Shown here: piece by piece, positions 9,201 through 18,206 of the stretch
How positions within the stretch are numbered: position 1 is the first letter of the stretch
How the letters are laid out: the number at the start of each line of letters is the position of its first letter
Assembly (NCBI GenBank): GCA_963663545.1
Contig: OY760505.1
Coordinates: 1,696,001 to 1,760,000, forward strand
Length of the DNA stretch: 64,000 bases
Source: Candidatus Delongbacteria bacterium
GTDB lineage: Bacteria > CAIWAD01
Reading direction: 5' to 3'
Notes under the pieces: model-generated
Told to the model about the DNA's origin: nothing
What the model saw: the letters and a program-made list of their open reading frames with translations, nothing else
Databases searched by the model: none
Made by a program: the position numbers and the translations under genes

Positions 9201-10691
9201 GTGCGTGTCGATGTCACACCTCCACCGACCACCGTGATACACGCATCAGGCGCAGGCAGCAACTTCGCCATCGTCCAGTTCCAGCCGGTAGCCGATGTTA
9301 GTTTCGACCAGATGCACATCTACTACAGCACGGACCAAACCGTGGACGAGAGCGATCCCGTCTGGAATGCGACCTGCGACCCTGCCCTTACCGATCCCGC
9401 GACCTCCCAAACCACCATCACAGGCTTGAGCGCCGGTCTACAGTACTGGTTCGCCGCACGAGCAACGGACCTCGCCGGTCACGCGGCGGAATGGTCAAAT
9501 GTTGTCACACGCGCCACCGAGGGGACCCAGCTCGCACCCGTGATGGATCTGACGGCAGCGGTCAACGAAGAAGGCGTTCTGCTTGACTGGACGCCCCCCA
9601 GTGTGGACATCTACGGTGTTGGCCCTGTGGCGATTCAAGGCTACGAAGTGCATTCTTCGGGCCATCCTCTTTTCGTCCCGTCCGAATCCACGCGATTGGA
9701 GACTGTAAGCGCCCCGCCATACCAGATCGCGCTTCCCGTAGGCATTGAAGTCGCGGCCTTCTATCGCGTCGTGGCCTTGGGATCGGGATTGACGCAGCCT
9801 CCTGCAGGCATGGTTTTCATTCCCGCAGGCAGCTTCCAGATGGGACCGGATCCCTTCGGCAATGGCAGTGAACACACTGTGACCCTGACCCACAACTACT
9901 GGCTGGACAAGACAGAGGTCACCAATGCGGCCTTCCTGTCCGCCCTGCAGTGGGCCTACGATGAGGGGCTGGTCAGCGCTGATTCTTCAACCGTGCAGGC
10001 CTACGGCGTGGAACTTGTGGATCTGGACGATGAAGACTGCGAGCTGATCTTTGCCAATGGCGTCTTCGCTATAGCCGAGCTGTCACACATCACGAGCTAC
10101 GGCTGGGGTCCCGGACAGGCTTATCCTGAAGGCTACGATGTCGCACAGCATCCGGTGAAGGAAGTCAGCTGGTTTGGTGCCTGCTGCTACTGCGACTGGC
10201 GCAGTCAGTTTGAAGGCTTCACACCCTTCTATCAGGGCAACTGGGAAGTGGATGTGACACACGATCCTTACTCTGCTGAAGGTTACCGTCTGCCGATGGA
10301 AGCAGAATGGGAGTACGCCGCACGCTACAGCGACGGACGAGTCTTCCCGTGGGGTAACAACTATCCCATTGGCTGCGGACCGCTGGTGAATCACACACTT
10401 TGCGTTGGCTGGACGGCGGCAGTGGGAAGCTATCCCAGTGGGGCAAGTGCACTTGGTTTGCTGGATATGGCGGGCAACGTCGTCGAGTTTGTTCAGGACT
10501 GGTACGCTGGTGAATATGAAGCGGAGACCTTCAACCCGATTGGCCCTTCATCTGGAACCCTGAAGGTCTGCCGTGGCGCCGATTTTGGTGACGATTCTTC
10601 TGACGACAGCAAGTGTACAGCCAGGCAGGATTACTTCCGCACAAACTCTTATCCCTGGCTTGGATTCAGGGTAATGAGGATCGTGCAATAG
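6219..10691 (+). CDS. Large secreted modular protein: C-type lectin, FG-GAP/VCBS repeats, ASPIC/UnbV, Ig/FN3-like modules, C-terminal formylglycine-generating-enzyme (SUMF1) domain
   Basis: Signal peptide; TWHNAKAYAESLGGYLA...WIGATD...GEPNNSGNEDY...WND (CTLD); repeated D.NNDG..D motifs; HFGLG (ASPIC); YRLPMEAEWEYAAR, LLDMAGNVVEFVQDWY and LGFR (FGE). Confidence 0.85.
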   Translation: MSRALSPHCLFLFLSVTSAALCQQRVQFEGHEYMLVEQRMTWHNAKAYAESLGGYLACVSSEEENSFLFSTAPSHCWIGATDEVVEGDWHWIDGSPWSYTNWGVGEPNNSGNEDYAAITYSCGGCWNDAPSTSIAYSIIEWDGGLSGEVVLTDVGTQLGTLDIDNALDIIPLDWNDDGWIDFLTENEAFATMKLYLNNAGTSFTDASSMVSALPDFYREISIGDINNDGQLEIVGTDGWPGALRIFTILNGAAVEVFSDASRDYYYTVLADFDNDGDLELVTRDSYYPCTMYVEDFSADLSTRTVLHIQAGAGYAAVSDFNLDGFADILFTDFNGSGYQLNPTHMMLNDAGQGFYQATTTPPNLPCSESAVFDFDNDGDFDFWCGTSDMISNGPEKVWLLEHNGTLGFTDVSQSSMLYGSHYYGQAALVDIDNNGWLDYFQEIGAWTGNHLMMNTNGTFAADPNFYFSGGNTCGHCGLFDYDLDGDMDALFTEYYWNSPLSHHTFYRNDTQGGKYLTVIPTSSLAELNTHGIRIECWTQGRVNLHPLRESMRWDATRHFHFGLGTATQADSLILHWPTGNVTRLYDVPANQFLEVYESDTQQDDCLASESFDHPGSLPTAWTVESRGGSRTSAWLPVQQNNDDWAIESHQDEYSAPFDEWLISPVIDLGWYEATTLGIWQDYQHAASSATIKLSTNAGFSWQTLLEQTASANGLLELDISSYADGEDQCRIAFVFTGEFATGGASWMIDELCLGGLPVPPMITNPIPAQSPPTVCTTLDPVIGCTIYHVVNIDGSSIEYRFDENGDGQYEAEGPEAWQSMPTVADNDTITVNQTVGVVANGVYRFEFRARAAESDYAYSGTSHQEGIADDWLVIVNADEDGPNYSQPLPSNQPDPEWTPSLTAQVGVTIGDTNSGVDASSLAYRIRTLSKQAGSRDDWQALTGYTSGADIVVLENISFPADGEYFVEFTATDLASNQSFSMNGSGDDGIEDDIVVRVDVTPPPTTVIHASGAGSNFAIVQFQPVADVSFDQMHIYYSTDQTVDESDPVWNATCDPALTDPATSQTTITGLSAGLQYWFAARATDLAGHAAEWSNVVTRATEGTQLAPVMDLTAAVNEEGVLLDWTPPSVDIYGVGPVAIQGYEVHSSGHPLFVPSESTRLETVSAPPYQIALPVGIEVAAFYRVVALGSGLTQPPAGMVFIPAGSFQMGPDPFGNGSEHTVTLTHNYWLDKTEVTNAAFLSALQWAYDEGLVSADSSTVQAYGVELVDLDDEDCELIFANGVFAIAELSHITSYGWGPGQAYPEGYDVAQHPVKEVSWFGACCYCDWRSQFEGFTPFYQGNWEVDVTHDPYSAEGYRLPMEAEWEYAARYSDGRVFPWGNNYPIGCGPLVNHTLCVGWTAAVGSYPSGASALGLLDMAGNVVEFVQDWYAGEYEAETFNPIGPSSGTLKVCRGADFGDDSSDDSKCTARQDYFRTNSYPWLGFRVMRIVQ

Positions 10692-10783
10692 TGGACCACG
10701 TGACACAACAAAGGCAACGACGCCGAAATCCTGATCCGGCCCTGTTTCATCAAAGCCTCAGGGAGAAGCGTCTATGTTGCCCA

Positions 10784-11389
10784 TCAAAGCGTGTAAAGCA
10801 GGAGCGTCGATAGCAACAGAACTCCAGCCGCAATGCTGATCAATGAAAAGAAGCGCAGCGCCTCCAGCTTCTGCTCCTCCAGCCAAGCCTGCCCTTCCAT
10901 CAGCAGACGACGGCTATGTGTCCTTCTGTCCGGACCTTTCAAGCGGACGGTACCCGAGCCATAGAAGCCGTTCATCACCTGCAACTCGAGCTGAAGATCG
11001 GGGACGCTGTATCCACGCTTACCAGCTCTATACTTCATGCCCGTGCGCCGCATCGCCGCGCGCAAGACCTCATCCCGCTGTTCGTTTTTGAGGCCATGGA
11101 TGGAAAAACCAACCCACCCCGTCCAAGCCAGCAAGGTCAGTACAATGAATACAAGCGCGATTCCGAGCCCGATCCACCCCTTCACGCCGCCCTCATGAAC
11201 TCGGGCAAGACCCAGCCCAATCATGCTCACACAGGCAGGAAGCGTACACAGTGTGGTGAACAGTGCACTCCGCTGCACGGTCCGCAATTGCGGGCGCCTG
11301 CTCAGAAACATCCGGGCGCCATCAAACACCAGCAGCCCACCTACCACAACAATCGCCACCACCAGCAACCATTGGCTCAGTCCACTCAT
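10784..11389 (-). CDS. Hypothetical membrane protein
   Basis: Three N-terminal hydrophobic helices, a soluble domain and a C-terminal helix. RBS GGGAGAGG. Confidence 0.65.
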   Translation of the reverse strand: MSGLSQWLLVVAIVVVGGLLVFDGARMFLSRRPQLRTVQRSALFTTLCTLPACVSMIGLGLARVHEGGVKGWIGLGIALVFIVLTLLAWTGWVGFSIHGLKNEQRDEVLRAAMRRTGMKYRAGKRGYSVPDLQLELQVMNGFYGSGTVRLKGPDRRTHSRRLLMEGQAWLEEQKLEALRFFSLISIAAGVLLLSTLLLYTL

Positions 11390-11455
11390 GATCCTCTCCC
11401 GACTTGATTCTGTGAAACGCCCCACGAAATCCTGTGTGATACAAATCCGTGTGTA

Positions 11456-11923
11456 TCACGAAGCCTGCCTGCCCGGCCAGGGGAACAACAGATTCACGCG
11501 GCGCTCGTACTCCAGATACTCCTCGCCGAACTGCTCGAGCAGGTACTCGCGCTCCTTGCCAATGGTCGTGTAGAAGATGACCCACGCCAGCACACAAGGC
11601 ACCAGCATCAGCCACCATTGTGTCACAAGCACCAGGCCCGGCAGCAGACACACAAGCCAAGCGGCGTAAATGGGATTGCGCGTCCAGCCATAGACGCCCG
11701 TCGTCAGCAGACGGTGCTCGTGAAAGGCACAGCGAATGCTGCGTGCGCCCAGCGCGAGAATCAGGCCGCCGATGAAGAGCAACAGCCCCAGCCCAAGACT
11801 CAGCCCATCGGGCAGAAGGCGCTGCGCAAAGAGCTCAGGCCAGCGCACGCAGGCCCATACCGCTGGCATGGAACAGGCCAGCGTTGGAATCAGCATGTGC
11901 CCACCAATGCCCCAGAAGGTCAT
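11456..11923 (-). CDS. Isoprenylcysteine carboxyl methyltransferase/PEMT-family membrane methyltransferase
   Basis: LLTTGVYGWTRNPIY...KEREYLLEQFGEEYLEYERRV. Confidence 0.88.
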   Translation of the reverse strand: MTFWGIGGHMLIPTLACSMPAVWACVRWPELFAQRLLPDGLSLGLGLLLFIGGLILALGARSIRCAFHEHRLLTTGVYGWTRNPIYAAWLVCLLPGLVLVTQWWLMLVPCVLAWVIFYTTIGKEREYLLEQFGEEYLEYERRVNLLFPWPGRQAS

Positions 11924-11932
11924 GGCTCCCTC

Positions 11933-12502
11933 CTAAAGACTTGGCAGCGTCCACCAGGAGAACACCAGCATCAACGCACCAATCGAGGCAAGTATCCAAA
12001 GAGGCCGCCTTTGCTGGAAAGGTAGCGTCGCAAGCTCGGCGCGCACATCCTGCACCAGCTCGCGGCGGATTGCGGAGGCATCGCTTCCTAGAACGGCAAA
12101 TCCACCGCTTATCGATACGACCACACGTACATCGCACGTGCTTAGCAGAAAGCGGTTATGGTAGAAATTGAATACCAGTCCGCGCCTTTGTAACACGTCG
12201 GCAATTGCCTTCACCAGGGCCTCGCGGTCGATTCCGAATGCACTCCAGCTCTGAAGCGGAGAGCGCCACTGTCCATAACTCCTCCACGAGAGGAAGAATA
12301 CAACCAGGCCTGTCGAGAAGAGCTGTGTTACAGCAAACACTGGACGCCAAAAGGCTTCCGCCAGAAGGAGAAATGCAGGTAGTATCAAAAGGACAGCCGA
12401 ACTGACAAGAACGACTTTGCGCCGGATCAGGATCGCCAAGGAGAAAACAGTCACACAAAGGAAAATGCAGAGCATTGTCACATCGACGAAGAACGGAGTC
12501 AT
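11933..12502 (-). CDS. Hypothetical membrane protein
   Basis: Same topology as 10784-11389 and co-oriented with it. Confidence 0.6.
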   Translation of the reverse strand: MTPFFVDVTMLCIFLCVTVFSLAILIRRKVVLVSSAVLLILPAFLLLAEAFWRPVFAVTQLFSTGLVVFFLSWRSYGQWRSPLQSWSAFGIDREALVKAIADVLQRRGLVFNFYHNRFLLSTCDVRVVVSISGGFAVLGSDASAIRRELVQDVRAELATLPFQQRRPLWILASIGALMLVFSWWTLPSL

Positions 12503-12668
12503 CTTGATCCCCTATCACTGTGTCACACTGAACTCAAGCCAAATGAATGGCCTTCCACGTCCTTGCGCAAGCATTCATGTTCCTGCTGCGAGTTCCCCAC
12601 GAAGCTCATCTGCTGTGAACGCGGCAAGACGCAAACGCATCTCTTCTGAGTGACTTCACTCATTTGTA

Positions 12669-13145
12669 TCACGCATCCTCGCAAACCAACTCGCGATCGA
12701 TGTCACGACGCATGTCCAGCAAGCGTCTCACGAAACGCGCGCGTCGCTGATCCTCATCGCTCTCGGGCTCCCAGTGCGGGACCTCGGTGGGCACGCCGGC
12801 CTCGTCAACGGCGACGAACTGCATCACACAATGCGTGGAGCACGCCAGCTTTCCCTCGCGGGGATCACCTGCTCGCACGTCCACCAGAATGTGCATGCTG
12901 CTGTGGCCGGTCATGGCCAGCCGCGCCTCCACTTCGACCAGACTGCCGATGCGAATGGGTCTGGTAAAGCGAATGCCGCCGACGTAGGCGGTGACACAAT
13001 AGCAACCGCTCCAGGCAACCGCGCAGGCGTAGCCCGCCTGGTCGATCCATTTCATCACGGCGCCACCGTGCACTTTGCCACCAAAGTTGACGTCGCCGGG
13101 CTCGGCCAGAAAACGCAGGGTCAGCTTGTGATTCGGCTTATTCAT
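12669..13145 (-). CDS. Acyl-CoA thioesterase (hotdog fold, YciA-like)
   Basis: DVNFGGKVHGGAVMKWIDQAG...FTRPIRIG...FVAVDEAG.P. RBS AAGGAGG. Confidence 0.92.
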   Translation of the reverse strand: MNKPNHKLTLRFLAEPGDVNFGGKVHGGAVMKWIDQAGYACAVAWSGCYCVTAYVGGIRFTRPIRIGSLVEVEARLAMTGHSSMHILVDVRAGDPREGKLACSTHCVMQFVAVDEAGVPTEVPHWEPESDEDQRRARFVRRLLDMRRDIDRELVCEDA

Positions 13146-13352
13146 GCTTCCTCCTTGAGGTGCTGTGTCACAAGGAAGTGAGTTCATCCCACTTATTCCA
13201 CGGGAAACGAATAGAGGCGCAAAGCACGTCGCTCCGCCATCACGGCCCATCACCATGCCGCTACATGATTATGTCTTAACATCTGGAACAACAACACTTC
13301 GTCGCGACTAAGATTGTGCGTTTTACAAGTATCGATCAACTGGAAAGACACG

Positions 13353-13835
13353 ATGATGTTCCCTCAACTAGATCGTTATCGCGACCACGGATTACTGCTG
13401 CTTCGCGTCGGCATAGGAATCAGCTTCATGCTGCACGGCTTTCCCAAACTGCAGGGCGGCCCTGAACTCTGGACCGGCCTCGGCAGCGCGCTTGGTGCAC
13501 TGGGTATTCATTTCGCCCCCACCTTCATGGGATTCATGGCCGCATCAGCCGAATTCTTCGGCGGCCTCTTTCTGGCTCTGGGTCTGTTTACGCGCCCCGC
13601 CGTCTTCTTCATGCTGAACACAATGATCGTGGCCATGGCCATGCACCTGAGCAAGGGCGACTCCTTCATGATGTATTCGCACGCACTGGAGGCCGGTATC
13701 CTCTTTCTCAGCATGATCCTCATTGGCCCGGGACGCTTTTCTCTGGATGCGTATTGCCCGCTACTGCGCAAGCGGAGACAGCGTGCGTCAAATCAGAAGC
13801 CGATTGATGTATCACACGACACAGCACTGTCATAG
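13353..13835 (+). CDS. DoxX family membrane protein
   Basis: GLLLLRVGIG..F..HGFPKL...AEFFGGLFLALGLFTRPA...GPGRFSLD. Confidence 0.9.
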   Translation: MMFPQLDRYRDHGLLLLRVGIGISFMLHGFPKLQGGPELWTGLGSALGALGIHFAPTFMGFMAASAEFFGGLFLALGLFTRPAVFFMLNTMIVAMAMHLSKGDSFMMYSHALEAGILFLSMILIGPGRFSLDAYCPLLRKRRQRASNQKPIDVSHDTALS

Positions 13836-13850
13836 CAGGTAGAAAAGTAA

Positions 13851-13878
13851 AGGGTCTGAAGCCTCTGCCTCAGACCCT
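13851..13878. terminator. Hairpin between convergent genes
   Basis: AGGGTCTGA...TCAGACCCT inverted repeat. Confidence 0.65.
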
Positions 13879-13900
13879 GTGTATGTTTGCTTCTAGTTGA

Positions 13901-16900
13901 TTACTCGCCGGATTCAGCCGTCAAGGCCGTAATGGATCCCGTGCGTGCTACAATCCGGTAATAGCAGGCCGATGCCTCTGCGAGCACGTCATCAACAAAA
14001 ACCGTGCTTCCGACTGAGGCCAGCAAAAGCGCTGTCTGTGGCGTGAACTGCGAATCACTGGACCGGTAGATATCGTAGACCAGGTTCTCCAGCGGATTCC
14101 CCGCCGTGTCCTCAGTGATGGCGGACCAGCTGAGCAGGACTTCATTCTCATCGATCGCCGTGATACAAAGATCCGTCACCGGCAGCGGGGGAAGGTCCGG
14201 CGCGTTCACCGTGATATAGGCTTCGCGTGTAATTGTATCACTGTCCTCGCCTCGTGTTACAAGCAAGGTAATTGAGTACTGGCCAGCTTCCTCGAAGACG
14301 AATTCCGGGTTCTGCAGACGAGAAACCACGCTGCCTTCGTCACCAATCATCCAGTACCAGTACTCCGGATTGCCGACGCTCTCATCGCTAAACTGCACAG
14401 TCAGCGGGGCTGTACCTGTCAGCGGAGTTCCGCTGAAGTCGGCCACCAGCGGCTCACTTCCCGACATGGTGTTCAGCCGCTCCCGTCCTTCGCTGCGCAA
14501 CTCGGCAACTTGCTGTTCGATGGCATTCAATGACAGACTACGATCTTTGGCGTGATACACCCAGTCGATGTCGTAGCTGTGATCGCGATAGGTCGTGCTG
14601 CTCCCTAGGCCGCTTCCTGCTGTGTCGGTGGCAAACCAGTGATTGAAGCCGATGGTCATTGGTGTTTCAGGATAGACATTGTCACCTAGGGTACTGTTGG
14701 TGTGACTCGCCACCAGCTCGCCATCCACGTAGTAATTCACGGTAGTTCCGCCCATCACTTGTATCACGTATGTGTGCCAGGCGGCAAAGCTCTCCTCCAC
14801 GACACTGTAGGCGCGATTGGACGTTTCCTCCTCCGGGTTGTAGGTTTCCCAGGTCGTCATGTAGAGGCTGCGATTGTGATCCAAGGGACCGCCCCACTGG
14901 TCGTAGGGCAGATACTCGAAATCGCACTCCGAGTAGGCCGGATCGTCGGGAAAATCCAGTCCGGTAATGGTGTAGAAGGTCTGCACATTGCCGTCTTCCC
15001 AGCTCACCGGACTGTCGCTGAAGCGAATGCGAGCGGCGTAGGTACCTTCCAGGAAGAGCGCGTCCCGTGTGCCAAGGTGTGCTTGTACCATGGATTCGAA
15101 GGTGCCGCTGTTGGATGCATGCAGAGTTACCACATCCTGCTCGTCCTGCTCACGGAACTCCACTTGATCCGCGTCGAAGTACGCGCCCCAGGGCGGACTG
15201 GCCGTTCCTTCCGTGATACGCCAGCCAAATGAGCTCAGCAGCGGATCGGTATTAGAGCTATAGCTGAAGTCGTCAAAGAAACAGGCCTCCACCGGCTGCA
15301 TCTCGCCCACCTCAACATGCCACTGCACGAAACTGCTGCGATCATCCTCGTTGTAGGCGTAACACGAAATGACAAAATCGCCTTCTTCGCCAAACTCGTG
15401 GACAAATGAATCCTCGTCGTAGTAGCCGCTGAGACTGTGGTGCTCCAGGAAAGTGCTGCCAATGTACCACTCGCTGAAAGTCAGCCCGTAGCTATCGTCC
15501 ATGCCCGCGCTGAAAGTGACACTTGCTCCCACCTCCGTTTGCAGCGAAGTGGCCGGATAGTAGGCGTAGACCTGCACCGGACGGCGAATCTCGATCTCCG
15601 TGTAGTGCATGTTGTTGCTCTCGTTGCTCTCACTGACCAAACCGGTCACGTCAGCAAAGGAGTTCAGGTAGTAGTCGCCGGGCTCCTGGTCCGTTGGCAC
15701 TGTAGGCGAGCAAAAGAGATTGATGCTGCTCCCGCCGCTGATGGAGGGCGTGTAGAAGGTCTCCAACTCCCCATCGATCGAGTAGGGCGTCTGATTGAGG
15801 AAAAATCCTGTGCGACTGGCTGCCGCACTGCCTCCACCCAGATTTTGCATCTGCACCATCACATCGATGGCTTCACCGGGATAGGCGAAGTCGGGGCCAA
15901 GAGGCTCGCCGCAGTACAGGTCCGGCAGAGCGGCTCCCACGTTGACCGTCCACTGCACAAATTCCGCCCTCTCGGCCACATTGTAAGCGTAGAAGGAGAC
16001 AGCATACGTGCCGCTTGAGCTGAAGGTGTAGCTCCAGGAATCCTCATCGTAGTAACCGCTGGCATCGTGATTTACTTGAAAACTGCTGCCCACATACCAC
16101 TCAAAGAAGTCCAGGCCAAGCGCATCGGAAGCCGCACCATTGAAGGTCACGCTTTCTCCCGCGCTGACTGTAACCGGCGAAGCGGGCGAGAAGGCATAAA
16201 CCTCCATTGGATCCGCCACCGTTACCGCACGGCTGGTCTTGTTATTGGATTCCGAGCTCTCATCCACGGCATCTTGGTAGTCGGCGAAGAAGGTGAAGTA
16301 GTGCGCACCCAGAGTCGTGGACGCAGGAATGGTGACGCTTTCGCTTTCGCTTGATGCCTCGCCCACATCCAGCGAGCCGACGCTGTCGTAATCCAGATAG
16401 GTTGTCGTGCCACCGGAAGAATTCGCCAGGTAATAGCCCACGCGGCAGCTCCCGGAGCTAGCGTAACCATAGTTGCTGACAGCGCATGATACGCTCACCG
16501 TCTGGCCAGGGTAAACGGTCGCGGGCGCATCGCTGGACGTCACGAGCAGATCCGGCTGACCGGTAATCTCGATTTCATGGTAGTGGATGTTGTTGTTTTC
16601 GTTGCTCTCGTCCACAGCATCCTGGTAGTCGGCGTAGAAATTGATGTACCACGTGCCCGGTGTGAGATCGCTTGGCAGCGTGATACTTTCGCTCTCGCTT
16701 GAGTACTCGTCCGGGTCCAATGAACTGACCGCATCGTAATCCAAATACTGCTGATGGCCGTAGGGAGTCGTAGAGATGTAGTAGCCCACACGGCAACTTC
16801 CCGCAGAACCGGTTCCCTGATTGCGCACTCGACAGGAAACACTGATGCTCTCGCCGGGCATCGCCGAATCCGGTCCATCGGGAATTTCGGGCACGAGATC

Positions 16901-17290
16901 CGGCAACCCGGCCTCAACGCTAATGGACCACCAGGTGAAATCGCTGCTGCCGCTCTCGTTGTAAACATAGGCATAGACATAGAAGTCGCCAGCAGAGCTG
17001 AAGGTGCGCGTCCAGCTATCTTCGTGGTAGTATCCGCTCAAGCTGTGGTGATCCATGTAAGTGGAGCCGAGGTACCACTCGGAAAACTCCACTCCGTAGG
17101 GATCACTGGCTCCAATACTGAATGTGATAGATTCGCCCGCATCAATCGTGACGCTGGAGGCTGGATAGAATCGCGAGACCTCAACCGCCAGCACAGATGT
17201 TGCCATGAACAATCCCGCTGCAGCCCAAAGCAAAGAGGCGCGGAACAGGAATTGCGATCGTGCAGAAATTCGACAGAACAGGTTCTTCAT
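13901..17290 (-). CDS. Large secreted protein: Ig-like/CARDB repeats, GH16-like catalytic domain, PKD domain, FN3-like C-terminal module
   Basis: Signal peptide; three PDL...V.N.G....D....V.ESNE.NN CARDB units; FFDDFSY...EGTYAARIRFSD...YSECDFEYLP (GH16 E.D.E motif); ADFSGTPLTGTAPLTVQFSD (PKD). Confidence 0.82.
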   Translation of the reverse strand: MKNLFCRISARSQFLFRASLLWAAAGLFMATSVLAVEVSRFYPASSVTIDAGESITFSIGASDPYGVEFSEWYLGSTYMDHHSLSGYYHEDSWTRTFSSAGDFYVYAYVYNESGSSDFTWWSISVEAGLPDLVPEIPDGPDSAMPGESISVSCRVRNQGTGSAGSCRVGYYISTTPYGHQQYLDYDAVSSLDPDEYSSESESITLPSDLTPGTWYINFYADYQDAVDESNENNNIHYHEIEITGQPDLLVTSSDAPATVYPGQTVSVSCAVSNYGYASSGSCRVGYYLANSSGGTTTYLDYDSVGSLDVGEASSESESVTIPASTTLGAHYFTFFADYQDAVDESSESNNKTSRAVTVADPMEVYAFSPASPVTVSAGESVTFNGAASDALGLDFFEWYVGSSFQVNHDASGYYDEDSWSYTFSSSGTYAVSFYAYNVAERAEFVQWTVNVGAALPDLYCGEPLGPDFAYPGEAIDVMVQMQNLGGGSAAASRTGFFLNQTPYSIDGELETFYTPSISGGSSINLFCSPTVPTDQEPGDYYLNSFADVTGLVSESNESNNMHYTEIEIRRPVQVYAYYPATSLQTEVGASVTFSAGMDDSYGLTFSEWYIGSTFLEHHSLSGYYDEDSFVHEFGEEGDFVISCYAYNEDDRSSFVQWHVEVGEMQPVEACFFDDFSYSSNTDPLLSSFGWRITEGTASPPWGAYFDADQVEFREQDEQDVVTLHASNSGTFESMVQAHLGTRDALFLEGTYAARIRFSDSPVSWEDGNVQTFYTITGLDFPDDPAYSECDFEYLPYDQWGGPLDHNRSLYMTTWETYNPEEETSNRAYSVVEESFAAWHTYVIQVMGGTTVNYYVDGELVASHTNSTLGDNVYPETPMTIGFNHWFATDTAGSGLGSSTTYRDHSYDIDWVYHAKDRSLSLNAIEQQVAELRSEGRERLNTMSGSEPLVADFSGTPLTGTAPLTVQFSDESVGNPEYWYWMIGDEGSVVSRLQNPEFVFEEAGQYSITLLVTRGEDSDTITREAYITVNAPDLPPLPVTDLCITAIDENEVLLSWSAITEDTAGNPLENLVYDIYRSSDSQFTPQTALLLASVGSTVFVDDVLAEASACYYRIVARTGSITALTAESGE

Positions 17291-17487
17291 CGCGAGTGAC
17301 TCCCAGCTTGTCTTCCAAAGCAGATCAAAGGTGTTCGGCATCATTGAAATGAAGTTGCCAAGGCTATGCGAGGGAATAATGAAGGGGAAGGAGATTCACG
17401 GAAATATTCTGTATGTCGTAGTCTGCCAGAAGTAGCTTATGATGAGGAGAACGCATCGCGCCCTTGATTCATGTTAGCTATTGCTGG

Positions 17488-17567
17488 AAAAAGATTGCCC
17501 CACAACCTAGTGGGGCACCCTAAGACGGTAGCAATATCTTCAGGCCTGCGCAGCAAGCCCGTCAATC
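17488..17567 (-). ncRNA. Candidate sigma54-dependent sRNA or attenuated leader
   Basis: Lies between a GG-N10-GC promoter (17579-17594) and a terminator TGCCCCAC-TAGGTT-GTGGGGCA-ATCTTTTT. Internal hairpin GGGCTTGC-TGC-GCAGGCCT. No ORF. Confidence 0.45.
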
Positions 17568-17578
17568 GAGACAGATAT

Positions 17579-17594
17579 GGCAACTCTCATGCCT
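17579..17594 (-). promoter_or_regulatory. Putative sigma54 promoter
   Basis: AGGCAT-GAGAG-TTGCC on the minus strand. Confidence 0.5.
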
Positions 17595-17806
17595 GTTTTT
17601 GCTGCTTTGAAGTCAAATAAGAGTGCGGAAAAAACTGTCGGCAATGTCCAATATCCGTCCCCCCGAAAGCTGGTTCATTGTTCAACCTGTTATCTCTGCC
17701 AACACGCTCCAATACTAGGATTTCTATCAAACACGGGCCAAATGTTTTTCTTCAGACAGGTGACGGAGAGCACACATTAGTAGTTGCGATATGCCATATT
17801 TGGCAC

Positions 17807-18028
17807 ATGATAAATGCAGACGAAGCCAAAATCCTGGTTGTGCTGAAGTACATCAGCGACAGCGAAGTGAACGCCGAGATCGAAGCCATTGGCCGCGACG
17901 GCCAGCGTTACACCACGCCCTACAATCTGCGTGGCATTACGTTGGAGCAGTGGATCAAATTGTACGACATGCTGAAGCATGCTTACATCGACGCCAATGG
18001 CTTGCAGGTCGTACATCACTTCAGCTGA
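17807..18028 (+). CDS. Small hypothetical protein
   Basis: MINADEAKILVVLKYISDSEVNAEIEAIGRDGQRY... has globular-like composition. No family recognised. Confidence 0.5.
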   Translation: MINADEAKILVVLKYISDSEVNAEIEAIGRDGQRYTTPYNLRGITLEQWIKLYDMLKHAYIDANGLQVVHHFS

Positions 18029-18146
18029 GTGGTTGTATCAGCACCGCTTCGCCCTGTCTGCGGCCTGCAAACAGGGTGAATTTCCATTCACAGATCAATA
18101 AATAAGGCTATTCAGAAGTTTGTTTGTAAAAAGGCCAAAAAGCGGC

Positions 18147-18173
18147 TAAACCACGGGCGGCTACTACCGATAA
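18147..18173 (+). promoter_or_regulatory. Putative sigma28 (FliA) promoter
   Basis: TAAA-N15-ACCGATAA versus consensus TAAA-N15-GCCGATAA; 33 nt upstream of the start at 18207. Confidence 0.6.
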
Positions 18174-18206
18174 AGCGCTATACAGCAATCGTCTTCGGAG
18201 GACCCC

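Noticed and set aside
13901..17290. Repeated DNA segments within the CARDB protein as a possible CRISPR array or DGR
   Set aside because: They are degenerate in-frame protein domain repeats; there is no identical repeat-spacer pattern and no cas or RT gene.
17800..17817. TTGGCAC...TGC as a sigma54 promoter (a similar case occurs at about 49641)
   Set aside because: GG-to-GC spacing is 12 and 9 nt rather than the strict 10.
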